DNA from: Candidatus Poribacteria bacterium
GTDB taxonomy: Bacteria; Poribacteria; WGA-4E; PCPOR2b
Assembly: GCA_965223985.1 (NCBI GenBank)
Contig: OZ245030.1
Span: 1,810,964-1,874,963, forward strand
Direction: 5' to 3'
DNA: 64,000 nt
The position numbers were made by a program, and so were the translations under genes. Positions 52,911 to 64,000 of this stretch are shown here, in pieces. The notes beneath the pieces were generated by a model. That model was not told the DNA's origin. It did not search any database and worked only from the letters and a program-made list of their open reading frames with translations. The first letter of the stretch is position 1. Each line of letters opens with the position of its first letter.

Positions 52911-54659
52911 CTACTTCAATTCAAGATTGCCTTCACCAACTAGTGCCTCAAAAAAGAACACTTTCCAGCGTACGTTTTCAGGATTGACTGACAGCGAAAG
53001 GTAGAGCGGATACGTATAAAGCTCTCCAGCCCGTATGGATTTCATAGGCGTCCTATGCGTAATCACGGATTTTAGCACCGATTCTCCATCTGTTACGGCG
53101 ATTAGTGGCGCGACCACACCAATCGAATCGTCTGGAACAGCGATGATATCCCAATACCTTGAATGTACGGGATTCGGCATTACTGCAAAACGAAATTCCA
53201 CGTTTTCTCCTCGCCTGGTACTATATGCGTAAGATGATGTCTTTCCATTTGAGGAGTAGGATTCCGGTTGCACACTGGGAACAAGAATAACCTGTTCGAC
53301 GGTCGTTCCAAAATTTTGGATGGTGAGTTGTGCCTTCCCATCCCGGGTCAACGGCATGTGACGGACAGTTATTGGTAGAGAGGCTTGTAGTTCAATCACC
53401 CGTATATCGTAAGGGTGTTTTCCATCGGTCTCAAAGGCGATATTCAACGCCCCCTCTCCACCGGTGGCTGACAGGCCGATATAATCTGCCTCATAGACAT
53501 CAAGCCTGTTACCTGTAACGGCAATCGGGTGCGACTGATGGTTTCGGTGGAGCCGTAGATTAAGACGCTCGTTTCTATAGCCATACTGTCCTTTTGCAAA
53601 TTGGGAGTCATCCAAGAAGTTTGCTACCTTCCAATCGGCAAAGATGGTCGAGAAAGTCTTTGTCACGCCACGTGAGTGCAATGCATTGTTGATTCCGGTA
53701 ATTCCATTTCCACGGTGCTTTATAACCGCCGCGATTGTTTCTGGACCACCATAATGTTCGTGGAGATACAGCATCCATATATACGCCGCGCCATAATGCG
53801 ATAATTGGCTCCGGGTCCCATGCGGCCAATTGACCAATGATACCCTTGCATTTCGTTCAAAGGGTGTGACATGGTCTTCAGCGCTGAATCCACATATAAA
53901 CATGGCATAATCAGAACACCCTTCATTGACCCAAATCAATTCGTCTTTATCGTGCCGCCAGTGGATAAGATGCTGAAACTCATGAGCTAATACTCCCAAC
54001 CCCTTCTCACCTCCAGCATCTAGGGGATGGGTGTCAATGTAAATCATATCGCGCTCATTGCTATGCACCAGTGTGCCGAATTCTGGATGTTGAAGCACCC
54101 CTTGCTGCTGATCGACTGGGCTAAAAAATCCCCCGATAAATCCACCGCTGACTGTCACGAGATCCCGAATGTCTAGTAGGAGTATATAGATTCTTTTCTC
54201 ACCATCAATGTTGGGGGGATTGCCAAATAGTTCAGTTTCAATTTGATAGATGCCTCGCGTTCGATCAGCCGGTGTCGCATCGTCAAACGCATGCCGGACA
54301 GCCTCAACCGTTGCTGCATTGACAGTGTGTTTCCACTGTGAATCTTCGACGAAGATATAGCAGAATTTCCCAACTTTTTGCAATGTAGTATGAACGATAT
54401 ATTGTTCATGCTTTCTAAAATCAATTGAGAAGAAAGACTGGCGGTTGCCTACTTCCATTTGAGGTGCACGCGGTTGGGCAGGCGCCGAAGGATGCAATGT
54501 TCGGTTAAACCTGAATCCTTCTCCCTCAAAAAAAAAGGGAGTGCCATCAATCCAGCCATAAGCCATTGACACTCCCAATACCACGAAGATAATCGTTATA
54601 TGTCGTAATGGGCAACGCGCAGAACGAGAAACGTAAAATCGGATTGGACTGCCTGTCAT
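52911..54659 (-). CDS. secreted zinc metallopeptidase (HExxH, MA clan; M30/M6-like)
   Basis: N-terminal hydrophobic anchor, LAHEFQHLIHW...VNEGCSDY (HExxH plus a downstream Glu), and a beta-rich C-terminal region. The exact MEROPS family is not determined. Confidence 0.6.
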   Translation of the reverse strand: MTGSPIRFYVSRSARCPLRHITIIFVVLGVSMAYGWIDGTPFFFEGEGFRFNRTLHPSAPAQPRAPQMEVGNRQSFFSIDFRKHEQYIVHTTLQKVGKFCYIFVEDSQWKHTVNAATVEAVRHAFDDATPADRTRGIYQIETELFGNPPNIDGEKRIYILLLDIRDLVTVSGGFIGGFFSPVDQQQGVLQHPEFGTLVHSNERDMIYIDTHPLDAGGEKGLGVLAHEFQHLIHWRHDKDELIWVNEGCSDYAMFICGFSAEDHVTPFERNARVSLVNWPHGTRSQLSHYGAAYIWMLYLHEHYGGPETIAAVIKHRGNGITGINNALHSRGVTKTFSTIFADWKVANFLDDSQFAKGQYGYRNERLNLRLHRNHQSHPIAVTGNRLDVYEADYIGLSATGGEGALNIAFETDGKHPYDIRVIELQASLPITVRHMPLTRDGKAQLTIQNFGTTVEQVILVPSVQPESYSSNGKTSSYAYSTRRGENVEFRFAVMPNPVHSRYWDIIAVPDDSIGVVAPLIAVTDGESVLKSVITHRTPMKSIRAGELYTYPLYLSLSVNPENVRWKVFFFEALVGEGNLELK

Positions 54660-54721
54660 TCTTCTCCTCCTCTTTTTATTCCACTAGTCCTTCCATCCTG
54701 ACCTAGTAGTTTCTTCTACGC

Positions 54722-56230
54722 CTACCTTTCTTCACTCCCGCCATTACCCCGTTTTCTCAGCTTTTCTTGTATTTCCACATTATCTGGTTCAAGTTGAATG
54801 GCTTTCTGCCAAGCTGCGATTGCTTTCTCTTTGTACCCGACCTTCAGATAGACCTCTCCAAGATGATCCTGAATTTCAACACTGTTGGGAATGTAGTGAA
54901 CAGCCTTTTCAAGATTCTCTAGGGCGGCGGTCAGTTTCCCTAGCTTGAAATACACCCAACCCAGACTATCAAGGTAAGCTCCATTTTCCGGCGATTTCTC
55001 CAGCGCTTTCTTGATAAGTTTGACAGCTTCGTCCAGGTTGATGCTATTTTCAGCAAAGAGATAACCAAGCGCATTATATCCTTCATCACGCTCGGGAGCC
55101 AGTGCAATCGCTTTTCTGAGATAGTATTCTGCTTTCTCAAAGTTCCCTAGTGTCTGATAAGCAAGTCCAATCCAATAGTTCGCGTCTACATTGTCCGAAT
55201 CTTCATCTAAAACCCCTTGCAAAACCTCCATTGCTTTTTCTTCTTTGCACAAGTACGTATAGAGACTTCCAAGACGCGTACGAAAAACCCTCAGCCCGTA
55301 ATCGTACTTATCTCGCTCGCTTGGATTAAGCCGGCGGAGTTCTGTATAAGCATTGATGGCTTTTTGGAGATTTTCTTCCGCAACTTCCGCGATGTTAGTT
55401 AATCCAGACTGATTCCAAATTAGATTTTCAAGTTTATCATATTCTTTGACATATAATGTTCCCAATTCACGATACACCTGCGGCATATTTCGATCGATTC
55501 TGACCGCCCGCTCGTAAGCAGCAATCGCTTCTTGATTGTTCCCCAATTGAACGTAGGCATCTCCGAGCCTCTCATAGTATATAGGCTGATAAGATTCGAT
55601 ACGCGTGAGTTCTTTGAAAGCGTGCACTGCTGATTTGTAATCCTGTCGCTTGTATGCATGTCGACCAAGATAGTGATATGAGTCCACGAGGCACCTAACA
55701 ATTCCTCCCCCAATCTGAACCGTAGTATGATTGGAATTGAGTTCAATCACTTTCTCGAATTTTGCAATAGCATCGTCCAAATTTCCAGTGTTGTTATGAT
55801 GTCGCATCAGGAGAATATGACCCAACAGAAAGTGAGGAGCTGGCATCTGTGGATTAATTGCAATCGCTCTATGACATTCTTGTTCCGCTGTTCTGATGTT
55901 TTGCAAATCTATACAGAGGCTTGCAAATTGAGTATGGACAAACGCTGAAGGCTCATATTCACGCAATACCTGCTTATATGCTCTTTTTACATCGGACTGT
56001 CGTTTTTCAATCCTTGAGTAAGTCGACCGTAGGTAAGCTGCCCAAGCTAGTTGAGAATAAACATGCGTTGCCTGTTCATACTCGCGGTTTAACGGCCGAT
56101 CAATCACAGGAGAATTGTCATCTCCTATCATGTTCGCCTGGGTGAAGGAAACTACTAAGACAACTAAAATGATGTAATGCGTAATACGTGAAACGTAAAA
56201 CATGAGAAGAGATGAAGTCAATCTTTCCAT
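54722..56230 (-). CDS. TPR-repeat protein (502 aa)
   Basis: N-terminal hydrophobic helix, then about 10 TPR units. Starts 24 nt after the gyrA stop, so is possibly co-transcribed. Confidence 0.85.
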   Translation of the reverse strand: MERLTSSLLMFYVSRITHYIILVVLVVSFTQANMIGDDNSPVIDRPLNREYEQATHVYSQLAWAAYLRSTYSRIEKRQSDVKRAYKQVLREYEPSAFVHTQFASLCIDLQNIRTAEQECHRAIAINPQMPAPHFLLGHILLMRHHNNTGNLDDAIAKFEKVIELNSNHTTVQIGGGIVRCLVDSYHYLGRHAYKRQDYKSAVHAFKELTRIESYQPIYYERLGDAYVQLGNNQEAIAAYERAVRIDRNMPQVYRELGTLYVKEYDKLENLIWNQSGLTNIAEVAEENLQKAINAYTELRRLNPSERDKYDYGLRVFRTRLGSLYTYLCKEEKAMEVLQGVLDEDSDNVDANYWIGLAYQTLGNFEKAEYYLRKAIALAPERDEGYNALGYLFAENSINLDEAVKLIKKALEKSPENGAYLDSLGWVYFKLGKLTAALENLEKAVHYIPNSVEIQDHLGEVYLKVGYKEKAIAAWQKAIQLEPDNVEIQEKLRKRGNGGSEER

Positions 56231-56254
56231 TTCTTGCCTATTACTTCTTTTCCC

Positions 56255-58705
56255 TCATTCTTGGGCATCGCTATCATTTCCGGAAATTTTTCCAACATCA
56301 ACGACAATCTCATCCGGACGCAAAGCCATCAGACGAACCCCTTGGGTGTTTCTTCCAATTTTCCGGATGTCGCTTACAGGGATACGGGTTACCATACCAT
56401 TTGAACTTATGAAAATTAGTTCATCATCATCCGAAACCATTTTAACGGCAACAACGGCGCCGTTACGCGTGCTTGTTTTAATAGCAATCACTCCCTTTCC
56501 GGCACGCGCTTGCAAGCGGTATGCTTCCAAGGAAGTTCGTTTCCCATAGCCGTTTCCCGTAACAACAAGCAGGGTTGGCCCCTCATTAGTAGCAGAAACC
56601 ATTCCGACGACAACATCAGCATCGGCTAAACGAATTCCCCGCACCCCGGCCGCTGTTCGCCCCATACCGCGGACCTCAACTTCATTAAAACGAATGGATA
56701 GTCCGGCTTTGGTCACAAGGACAATGTAGTGGTCTCCTTCGGTTAACTGCGCCTCAATCAACTTGTCTCCCTCATCAAGATTAATGGCGATAATTCCAGC
56801 AGAATATGGCCTGCTAAAAACATTAAGGCTGCATTTTTTTACAATCCCGTTTTGAGTCGCCATGAAGACAAACCGATTTTCGTCAAATTCCCGCACCGAG
56901 ACAAATGCAGTAATTTTTTCATCATTCTCCACCCGAATAAGGTTGACAATTGCTCGACCAACTGACGTCCGGCTGCACTCAGGAATCTCAAAAACTTTGA
57001 GCCAATAGCACTTTCCACAATCCGTAAAGAATAGGATATACTGGTGGGCAGAGACAACAAATATATGTTCGACGAAATCGCCTTCTTTTGTCCCCATCCC
57101 TATAACCCCGACGCCACCTCGATGCTGACGCCGGTAGACTGAGATTGGCATCCGCTTGATGTAGCCGGTATGCGAGATGACCACAACCATCTCTTCATCC
57201 GCAATCAAATCCTCAATATTGAACTCTTTGATAGCATCAACGATTTGAGTTCGCCGTTCGTCACCGTATTTGGATTTTAATTCCAATAGTTCTTTCTTGA
57301 TAATGTCTGTAATCAGCATCTCACTTTCGAGAATAGCTTTTAGTTCTTCAACCTTTTCGAGGAGATCGGCGTATTCGTTATTAATTTTCTGTCGCTCCAA
57401 GCCGGTCAACTGACGTAATGTCATTCCCAAAATCTCGTTTGCTTGTATTTCCGACAGTGAATAATTTCTTATTAGTTCATCCCTCGCCTCTTGCGGATTA
57501 TCCGCTGATTGAACAATCTCGATCACCTCTTCAATTTGATTTAAGGCGATACGATATCCCTCCAGAATGTGCGCTCGTCTTTCACATTGATCCAGATCGA
57601 ACTGAGTTCGACGGCGGAGAACTTCTCTGCGGTGTTCGAGATATGCCTTAAGTATCTCTTTGAGAGGTAACACTTTCGGAATTCCACTGACCAAGCACAA
57701 CATGATTGCGCTGAAGTTGCATTGCATCTGGGAGTGTTTGTATAACTGATTCAAGATGACCTGTGCAATTTCGCCCCGCTTAAGTTCAACAATAACACGA
57801 ATATCCCGATCTGATTCATCACGAATGTCCGTAATCCCAGTGATTGTTTTACTTACGACGAGTTCATACATCTTCTCAAGCAACTGATTTTTTTTAATTT
57901 GGTATGGAATTTCTGTAATGACGATCTGTTCCCTTCCTCCTGTCATCCGCTCAATCACAACTTTTGCTCGAACTGTAATGATGCCCTTGCCAGCTACATA
58001 CGTTTCACGAATACCTTTTTGCCCAACAATCAAACCCGCTGTCGGAAAATCGGGACCCGGAATACATTTCATCAGTTCTTCAACCGTGGCGTCCGGATTT
58101 TCAAGGATTAAAATTAATCCATTGACAATCTCGTTTAAATTATGGGGCGGGATACGGGTGAGATATCCGACGCCGATTCCGGTGGTACCGTTGATAATCA
58201 AGTTAGGCAAACATGCTGGAAGCACTGTTGGCTCGGTCGTCGACTCTTTGTAGTTTGGCTGAAAATCTACGGTATTCTTATGAACATCTGCCAGCATCTC
58301 ATCCGCAATTGGCATTAAGCGGCATTCTGTGTAACGCATGGCACCAGCGGGATCGTCGTCAATCGATCCAAAGTTCCCCTGTCCGTCAATTAAGGGATAG
58401 CGGATCGCAAAATCTTGCACCATCCCCACCAAAGTGTCGTAAATCGGCCCATCTCCGTGCGGATGAAAATTTTTCATCACCTCACCAACAACTGCTGCGC
58501 ACTTATCATAAGGACGATTAGCCGTCAGGTTTATCTCACCCATAGCATAAATGATGCGCCGCGTGCTCGGTTTCATCCCATCTCTCACATCAGGAATCGC
58601 CCGGTTCGTATTGACGCTCATTGCATAGGTCAGGTAGGACTCCTTTAACTCTTCTTCGATGTATCTCGTTACGATGTTCTGGTTTTCTCTGCCCGATGTT
58701 AGCAC
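56255..58705 (-). CDS. gyrA: DNA gyrase subunit A
   Basis: YAMSVNTNRAIPDVRDGMKPSTRRIIYAM, the active-site Tyr context AGAMRYTECRL, and C-terminal beta-pinwheel repeats. 816 aa. Confidence 0.95.
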   Translation of the reverse strand: MLTSGRENQNIVTRYIEEELKESYLTYAMSVNTNRAIPDVRDGMKPSTRRIIYAMGEINLTANRPYDKCAAVVGEVMKNFHPHGDGPIYDTLVGMVQDFAIRYPLIDGQGNFGSIDDDPAGAMRYTECRLMPIADEMLADVHKNTVDFQPNYKESTTEPTVLPACLPNLIINGTTGIGVGYLTRIPPHNLNEIVNGLILILENPDATVEELMKCIPGPDFPTAGLIVGQKGIRETYVAGKGIITVRAKVVIERMTGGREQIVITEIPYQIKKNQLLEKMYELVVSKTITGITDIRDESDRDIRVIVELKRGEIAQVILNQLYKHSQMQCNFSAIMLCLVSGIPKVLPLKEILKAYLEHRREVLRRRTQFDLDQCERRAHILEGYRIALNQIEEVIEIVQSADNPQEARDELIRNYSLSEIQANEILGMTLRQLTGLERQKINNEYADLLEKVEELKAILESEMLITDIIKKELLELKSKYGDERRTQIVDAIKEFNIEDLIADEEMVVVISHTGYIKRMPISVYRRQHRGGVGVIGMGTKEGDFVEHIFVVSAHQYILFFTDCGKCYWLKVFEIPECSRTSVGRAIVNLIRVENDEKITAFVSVREFDENRFVFMATQNGIVKKCSLNVFSRPYSAGIIAINLDEGDKLIEAQLTEGDHYIVLVTKAGLSIRFNEVEVRGMGRTAAGVRGIRLADADVVVGMVSATNEGPTLLVVTGNGYGKRTSLEAYRLQARAGKGVIAIKTSTRNGAVVAVKMVSDDDELIFISSNGMVTRIPVSDIRKIGRNTQGVRLMALRPDEIVVDVGKISGNDSDAQE

Positions 58706-58790
58706 GTTCTATTCCACTTCCGTTGTATTTGACTTATTAGGAAATGCAGCTACTGAGGTTAATTCCTTATCTACAATCAAGTTCCATGCC

Positions 58791-61259
<2,469 letters not shown>

Positions 61260-61352
61260 TCAGTCGATATCTATTTATGATTCGGGAAGGAAATTGATAA
61301 TTCGAGAAGAATACAGCTTCACTTTCTGATTCTAAGCAGATAAACTCTGTCA

Positions 61353-61934
61353 CTATGAGAAAACGTGGCCGCGTTCAACAGAATCAGTATTGTGATTAGA
61401 TTGATTCCGGGAGGAGATGAAATCGGAGTGCGATGGGGCATCATCAATTAAAGTGCGTTGGCTCTGTTTGATAAAAACACGTTTTAAGCATGCTTTCAAC
61501 TCTAGATCTTTTACTTTAGCAACCGTTTTATCAATTCGTTCGAAAATTTGAGGGGAAAGTTCAACCTTTTCTAATCCATTTAGACGCTTGGAAAGCGGAC
61601 GAGGTTGCATCTTTCGGGGAGTAGAATTGATCGGCTTCACAAATAACTGCAAATCTCCTACAACAGTTTGCCCAACAGTGTTGTTAATTTTTTCGATGAC
61701 ATGCTGTTTAAGCAACAATAGCTCCGTTACCAAAACGGAATTTACCGTATAAACCGTTAGCTTCCCGTTAATCAGCGATATAGGTCGGGTATTGCGCGCA
61801 ACAGGTTCTCCAACAGCACTAGCCCACGCAGCAAGTGCTTTTGCCTCAAGGATTTTCCGATCGAAACCATGCTCGCACAGTATGTATGAAAGGATTTGTT
61901 CAATTTTATGGGTGCCGTCTGATAACTTGTCCAT
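61353..61934 (-). CDS. dciA: DUF721 / DciA-like protein
   Basis: LAAWASAVGEPVARNTRPISLINGKLTVYTVNSVLVTELLLLK matches the DUF721 core. It has the classic position between recF and gyrB and overlaps the recF stop by 29 nt. Confidence 0.7.
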   Translation of the reverse strand: MDKLSDGTHKIEQILSYILCEHGFDRKILEAKALAAWASAVGEPVARNTRPISLINGKLTVYTVNSVLVTELLLLKQHVIEKINNTVGQTVVGDLQLFVKPINSTPRKMQPRPLSKRLNGLEKVELSPQIFERIDKTVAKVKDLELKACLKRVFIKQSQRTLIDDAPSHSDFISSRNQSNHNTDSVERGHVFS

Positions 61935-63231
61935 TTTGTACCGTTAAAACGCAGCAATCTTCGAGTGATTCGGTCCAATCCTCCCGGCGGGTCGAAGTGA
62001 TAAACGTTTGTGAATTTAACCGTTGTAGCAAACCGAATAGAAATGTTGATCGCATCTCATCGAGTTCCGATAGAACATCATCTAATAGCACAATCGGCGA
62101 TTTATTTGTTAATCCATGTATCAACTCTAACTCCCCCAATTTTAGAGCCAACACAATAGTCCGCTGTTGCCCCTGTGAACAGAATGATTTAGCCTCCTGA
62201 CGTTGGAGGTAGTCGCCTTGTCCTGTTTCTAATATCAGTTGCAAATCATCTCGATGGGGGCCTACTGAAGTTGTCCCACGTAGAATATCGTACGATCTAG
62301 AACAAGTTAACGCTTTTAAATATTCGTCGACAGCTTCCAGTCGGCTAACAGAACATATACCTTTAAGAACCTGAGGAGGGTGGTATTCCAAGTTGAGTGT
62401 TTCACTCCCACCAGTCAATTCGGCATGCTTTACTTGTGCATACGTTTTCAACCGATTAAGAATTTTTTTTCGAGTTTGGATAATAGCAATGCCATCTTCA
62501 ATGAGTAACATATCCCAAGGCTCCAAAAGGTCATCCCGCGCTTGTTTTGCCCGAATTTGCTTCAGGAGTTCATTACGTTGCTTGAGCGAAAACTGGTAAT
62601 TTTGCAAATGGTTTAAGTAAGCCGGACTGAGTTGAGAAATCATAATATCAATAAAACGCCGGCGTTCGGATGGCGCTCCCTTCACTAGAGTTAGCGATTC
62701 GGGTGAAAAGAAAACGACATTGAACCGTCCAATCCACTGGGAAAGCTTCCGCTGAAGATCGCCATTGAGCTTAAACCGCTTTTTGCCATTCGATTCGTTC
62801 GAGACTTCCAGAGTCATGGCAAGCGAGTCGAGATCTTGACTACCGGGCTTAGACAACGCAGAATAGCAATTGTCAGGGTGAGCAGATGGCTGGTATTCTT
62901 CAAAATAACTGGATTGAATCATCGAGTTGGCTAGGGGGAATTCGTGAAGTAAATTAGAGTACGTCGTGGTGGGTTGGGTTTGCGTAGCCGCATCGAAGTT
63001 CGCGGTAATCATGCCCTTAAGATAAAACCAGTTTTCGTTATGTCGAATAAGCTCATCATCTGGATAAGTCCGATGGGATTTAGCCGTACTAAGAAAGTAA
63101 ATCGCTTCCAACAGACTAGTTTTTCCCTGTGCATTTCCGCCGATAATCAGATTACCCCTATTTGGAAAATCAATCTCGCAATCTACATAATTACGGAAGT
63201 TACGCAACACAAGGTGATTTAATCGCATCAT
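61906..63231 (-). CDS. recF: DNA replication and repair protein RecF
   Basis: LVLRNFRNY, Walker A GGNAQGKTSLLEAI, signature SQGQQRT, and Walker B VLLDDVLSELD. 441 aa, including an extra ~65-aa insert. Confidence 0.9.
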   Translation of the reverse strand: MMRLNHLVLRNFRNYVDCEIDFPNRGNLIIGGNAQGKTSLLEAIYFLSTAKSHRTYPDDELIRHNENWFYLKGMITANFDAATQTQPTTTYSNLLHEFPLANSMIQSSYFEEYQPSAHPDNCYSALSKPGSQDLDSLAMTLEVSNESNGKKRFKLNGDLQRKLSQWIGRFNVVFFSPESLTLVKGAPSERRRFIDIMISQLSPAYLNHLQNYQFSLKQRNELLKQIRAKQARDDLLEPWDMLLIEDGIAIIQTRKKILNRLKTYAQVKHAELTGGSETLNLEYHPPQVLKGICSVSRLEAVDEYLKALTCSRSYDILRGTTSVGPHRDDLQLILETGQGDYLQRQEAKSFCSQGQQRTIVLALKLGELELIHGLTNKSPIVLLDDVLSELDEMRSTFLFGLLQRLNSQTFITSTRREDWTESLEDCCVLTVQNGQVIRRHP

Positions 63232-63265
63232 TATTTTATGAGGAGCTATGTATCAGAATTTAGGA

Positions 63266-64000
63266 TTAGGGTTCAAGCCGCATAGGCATAATCAAACCGA
63301 GATGATTATCTTCTCCTACAGGTTTTAAAACGACTGCACTCATCGAATCCTTGAATTCCATAGCCACCTCCTCGGTTTGAATATGCCTTAATACATCCAT
63401 GAGAAAACGCGCATCAAATGCGATTTCGATTTCGCCATTGCTGCTTTTGAGCTCTATAGTCTCGTAAGCTTCTCCGAATTCCGGTGTTTTTGCGGAGATT
63501 TTAACCGCGTTTTCATGAATGTCCAAGCGGATGGAGTAATTCTTGGGGTTTGCGAACAGAGCGACACGCCTCAGAGCACTGATAAACAACTCTACGTCAA
63601 GAACAACTTGACCGTCGTTATTTTTCGGAATAATCTGATCGTATTTAGGATATTCTCCTTCCACCAATCGAGAAGTAAGTGTTGCAACATCATCCGCGAA
63701 AATAATCTGATTTTCCCGCAAACAGAGCCGAATTTCCTGCGATTCAGCAAATGTTTTAGCAATCTCCCGGACAGCCTTGAGTGGAACGATGACGCCCATC
63801 GGTTCCTGCGGTGTTGGTGTTAACGGGTCACTTGAAGCCATAGCTAGACGTCGCCCGTCTGTCGCAACCATCTGAGTTATTTCCGGCGTTAAATGAAAGT
63901 AAATCCCGTTAAGAAAATATCGCGTTTCCTCAGTTGAAGCTGCAAACTCCGTTTTGTAAATCATTGATCGTAGAACTTCCCCTTCAACTGTGAAGAAATC
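63266..64000 (-). CDS. dnaN: DNA polymerase III beta sliding clamp (partial; N-terminus beyond the window)
   Basis: C-terminus ..LGLIMPMRLEP, domain II/III pattern (YFLNGIYFHL, ATDGRRLA). The reading frame stays open to position 64000. Confidence 0.9.
   Translation of the reverse strand, partial: DFFTVEGEVLRSMIYKTEFAASTEETRYFLNGIYFHLTPEITQMVATDGRRLAMASSDPLTPTPQEPMGVIVPLKAVREIAKTFAESQEIRLCLRENQIIFADDVATLTSRLVEGEYPKYDQIIPKNNDGQVVLDVELFISALRRVALFANPKNYSIRLDIHENAVKISAKTPEFGEAYETIELKSSNGEIEIAFDARFLMDVLRHIQTEEVAMEFKDSMSAVVLKPVGEDNHLGLIMPMRLEP

Overview
64-kb bacterial chromosomal window, about 50 genes. I saw no rRNA, tRNA or CRISPR array by eye. All calls rest on reading the six-frame ORFs and the DNA. 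No database search was run, so family names are motif-based, many start codons are approximate, and taxonomy is unresolved.

Right end: 45.8-64 kb is entirely minus-strand and ends in the origin-proximal cluster dnaN (partial)-recF-DUF721/DciA-gyrB-gyrA.

Left half: dominated by a tandem array of eight secreted TolB-like PD40 beta-propeller paralogs (5.7-15.2 kb) that share a family-specific C-terminal tail. The far left carries an orphan phage terminase large-subunit gene behind an AT-rich regulatory region with a candidate small RNA.

Centre:
- A 2155-aa outer-membrane giant that reads like a SprA/Sov (type IX secretion translocon) homolog, with unusual Gly/Tyr-rich and acidic inserts.
- A porin O/P-like barrel with two N-terminal CxxCH haem motifs.
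- An orphan pair of EutN/CcmL microcompartment vertex genes.
- An XRE-ImmA/IrrE pair.
- Housekeeping genes folD and ppx/gppA.

48-53 kb: an operon-like cluster of three PhyH-type Fe/2OG dioxygenases interleaved with two paralogous ~120-aa unknown proteins and a TIM-barrel isomerase. A fourth PhyH paralog lies at 18 kb.

Repeats: a family of imperfect palindromic intergenic repeats occurs four times. Two copies share a perfect 51-bp inverted core that brackets a single MFS transporter gene.

Gene decay: 39.8-44.9 kb is a local decay zone. It holds an ECF sigma N-terminal stub fused out of frame to a WD40 gene, an in-frame TAG, a frameshifted MDR dehydrogenase, and a Gfo/Idh/MocA gene with one nonsense codon plus two frameshifts.

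Overall the window is unusually rich in repeat proteins (TPR, HEAT, WD40, PD40, FG-GAP).
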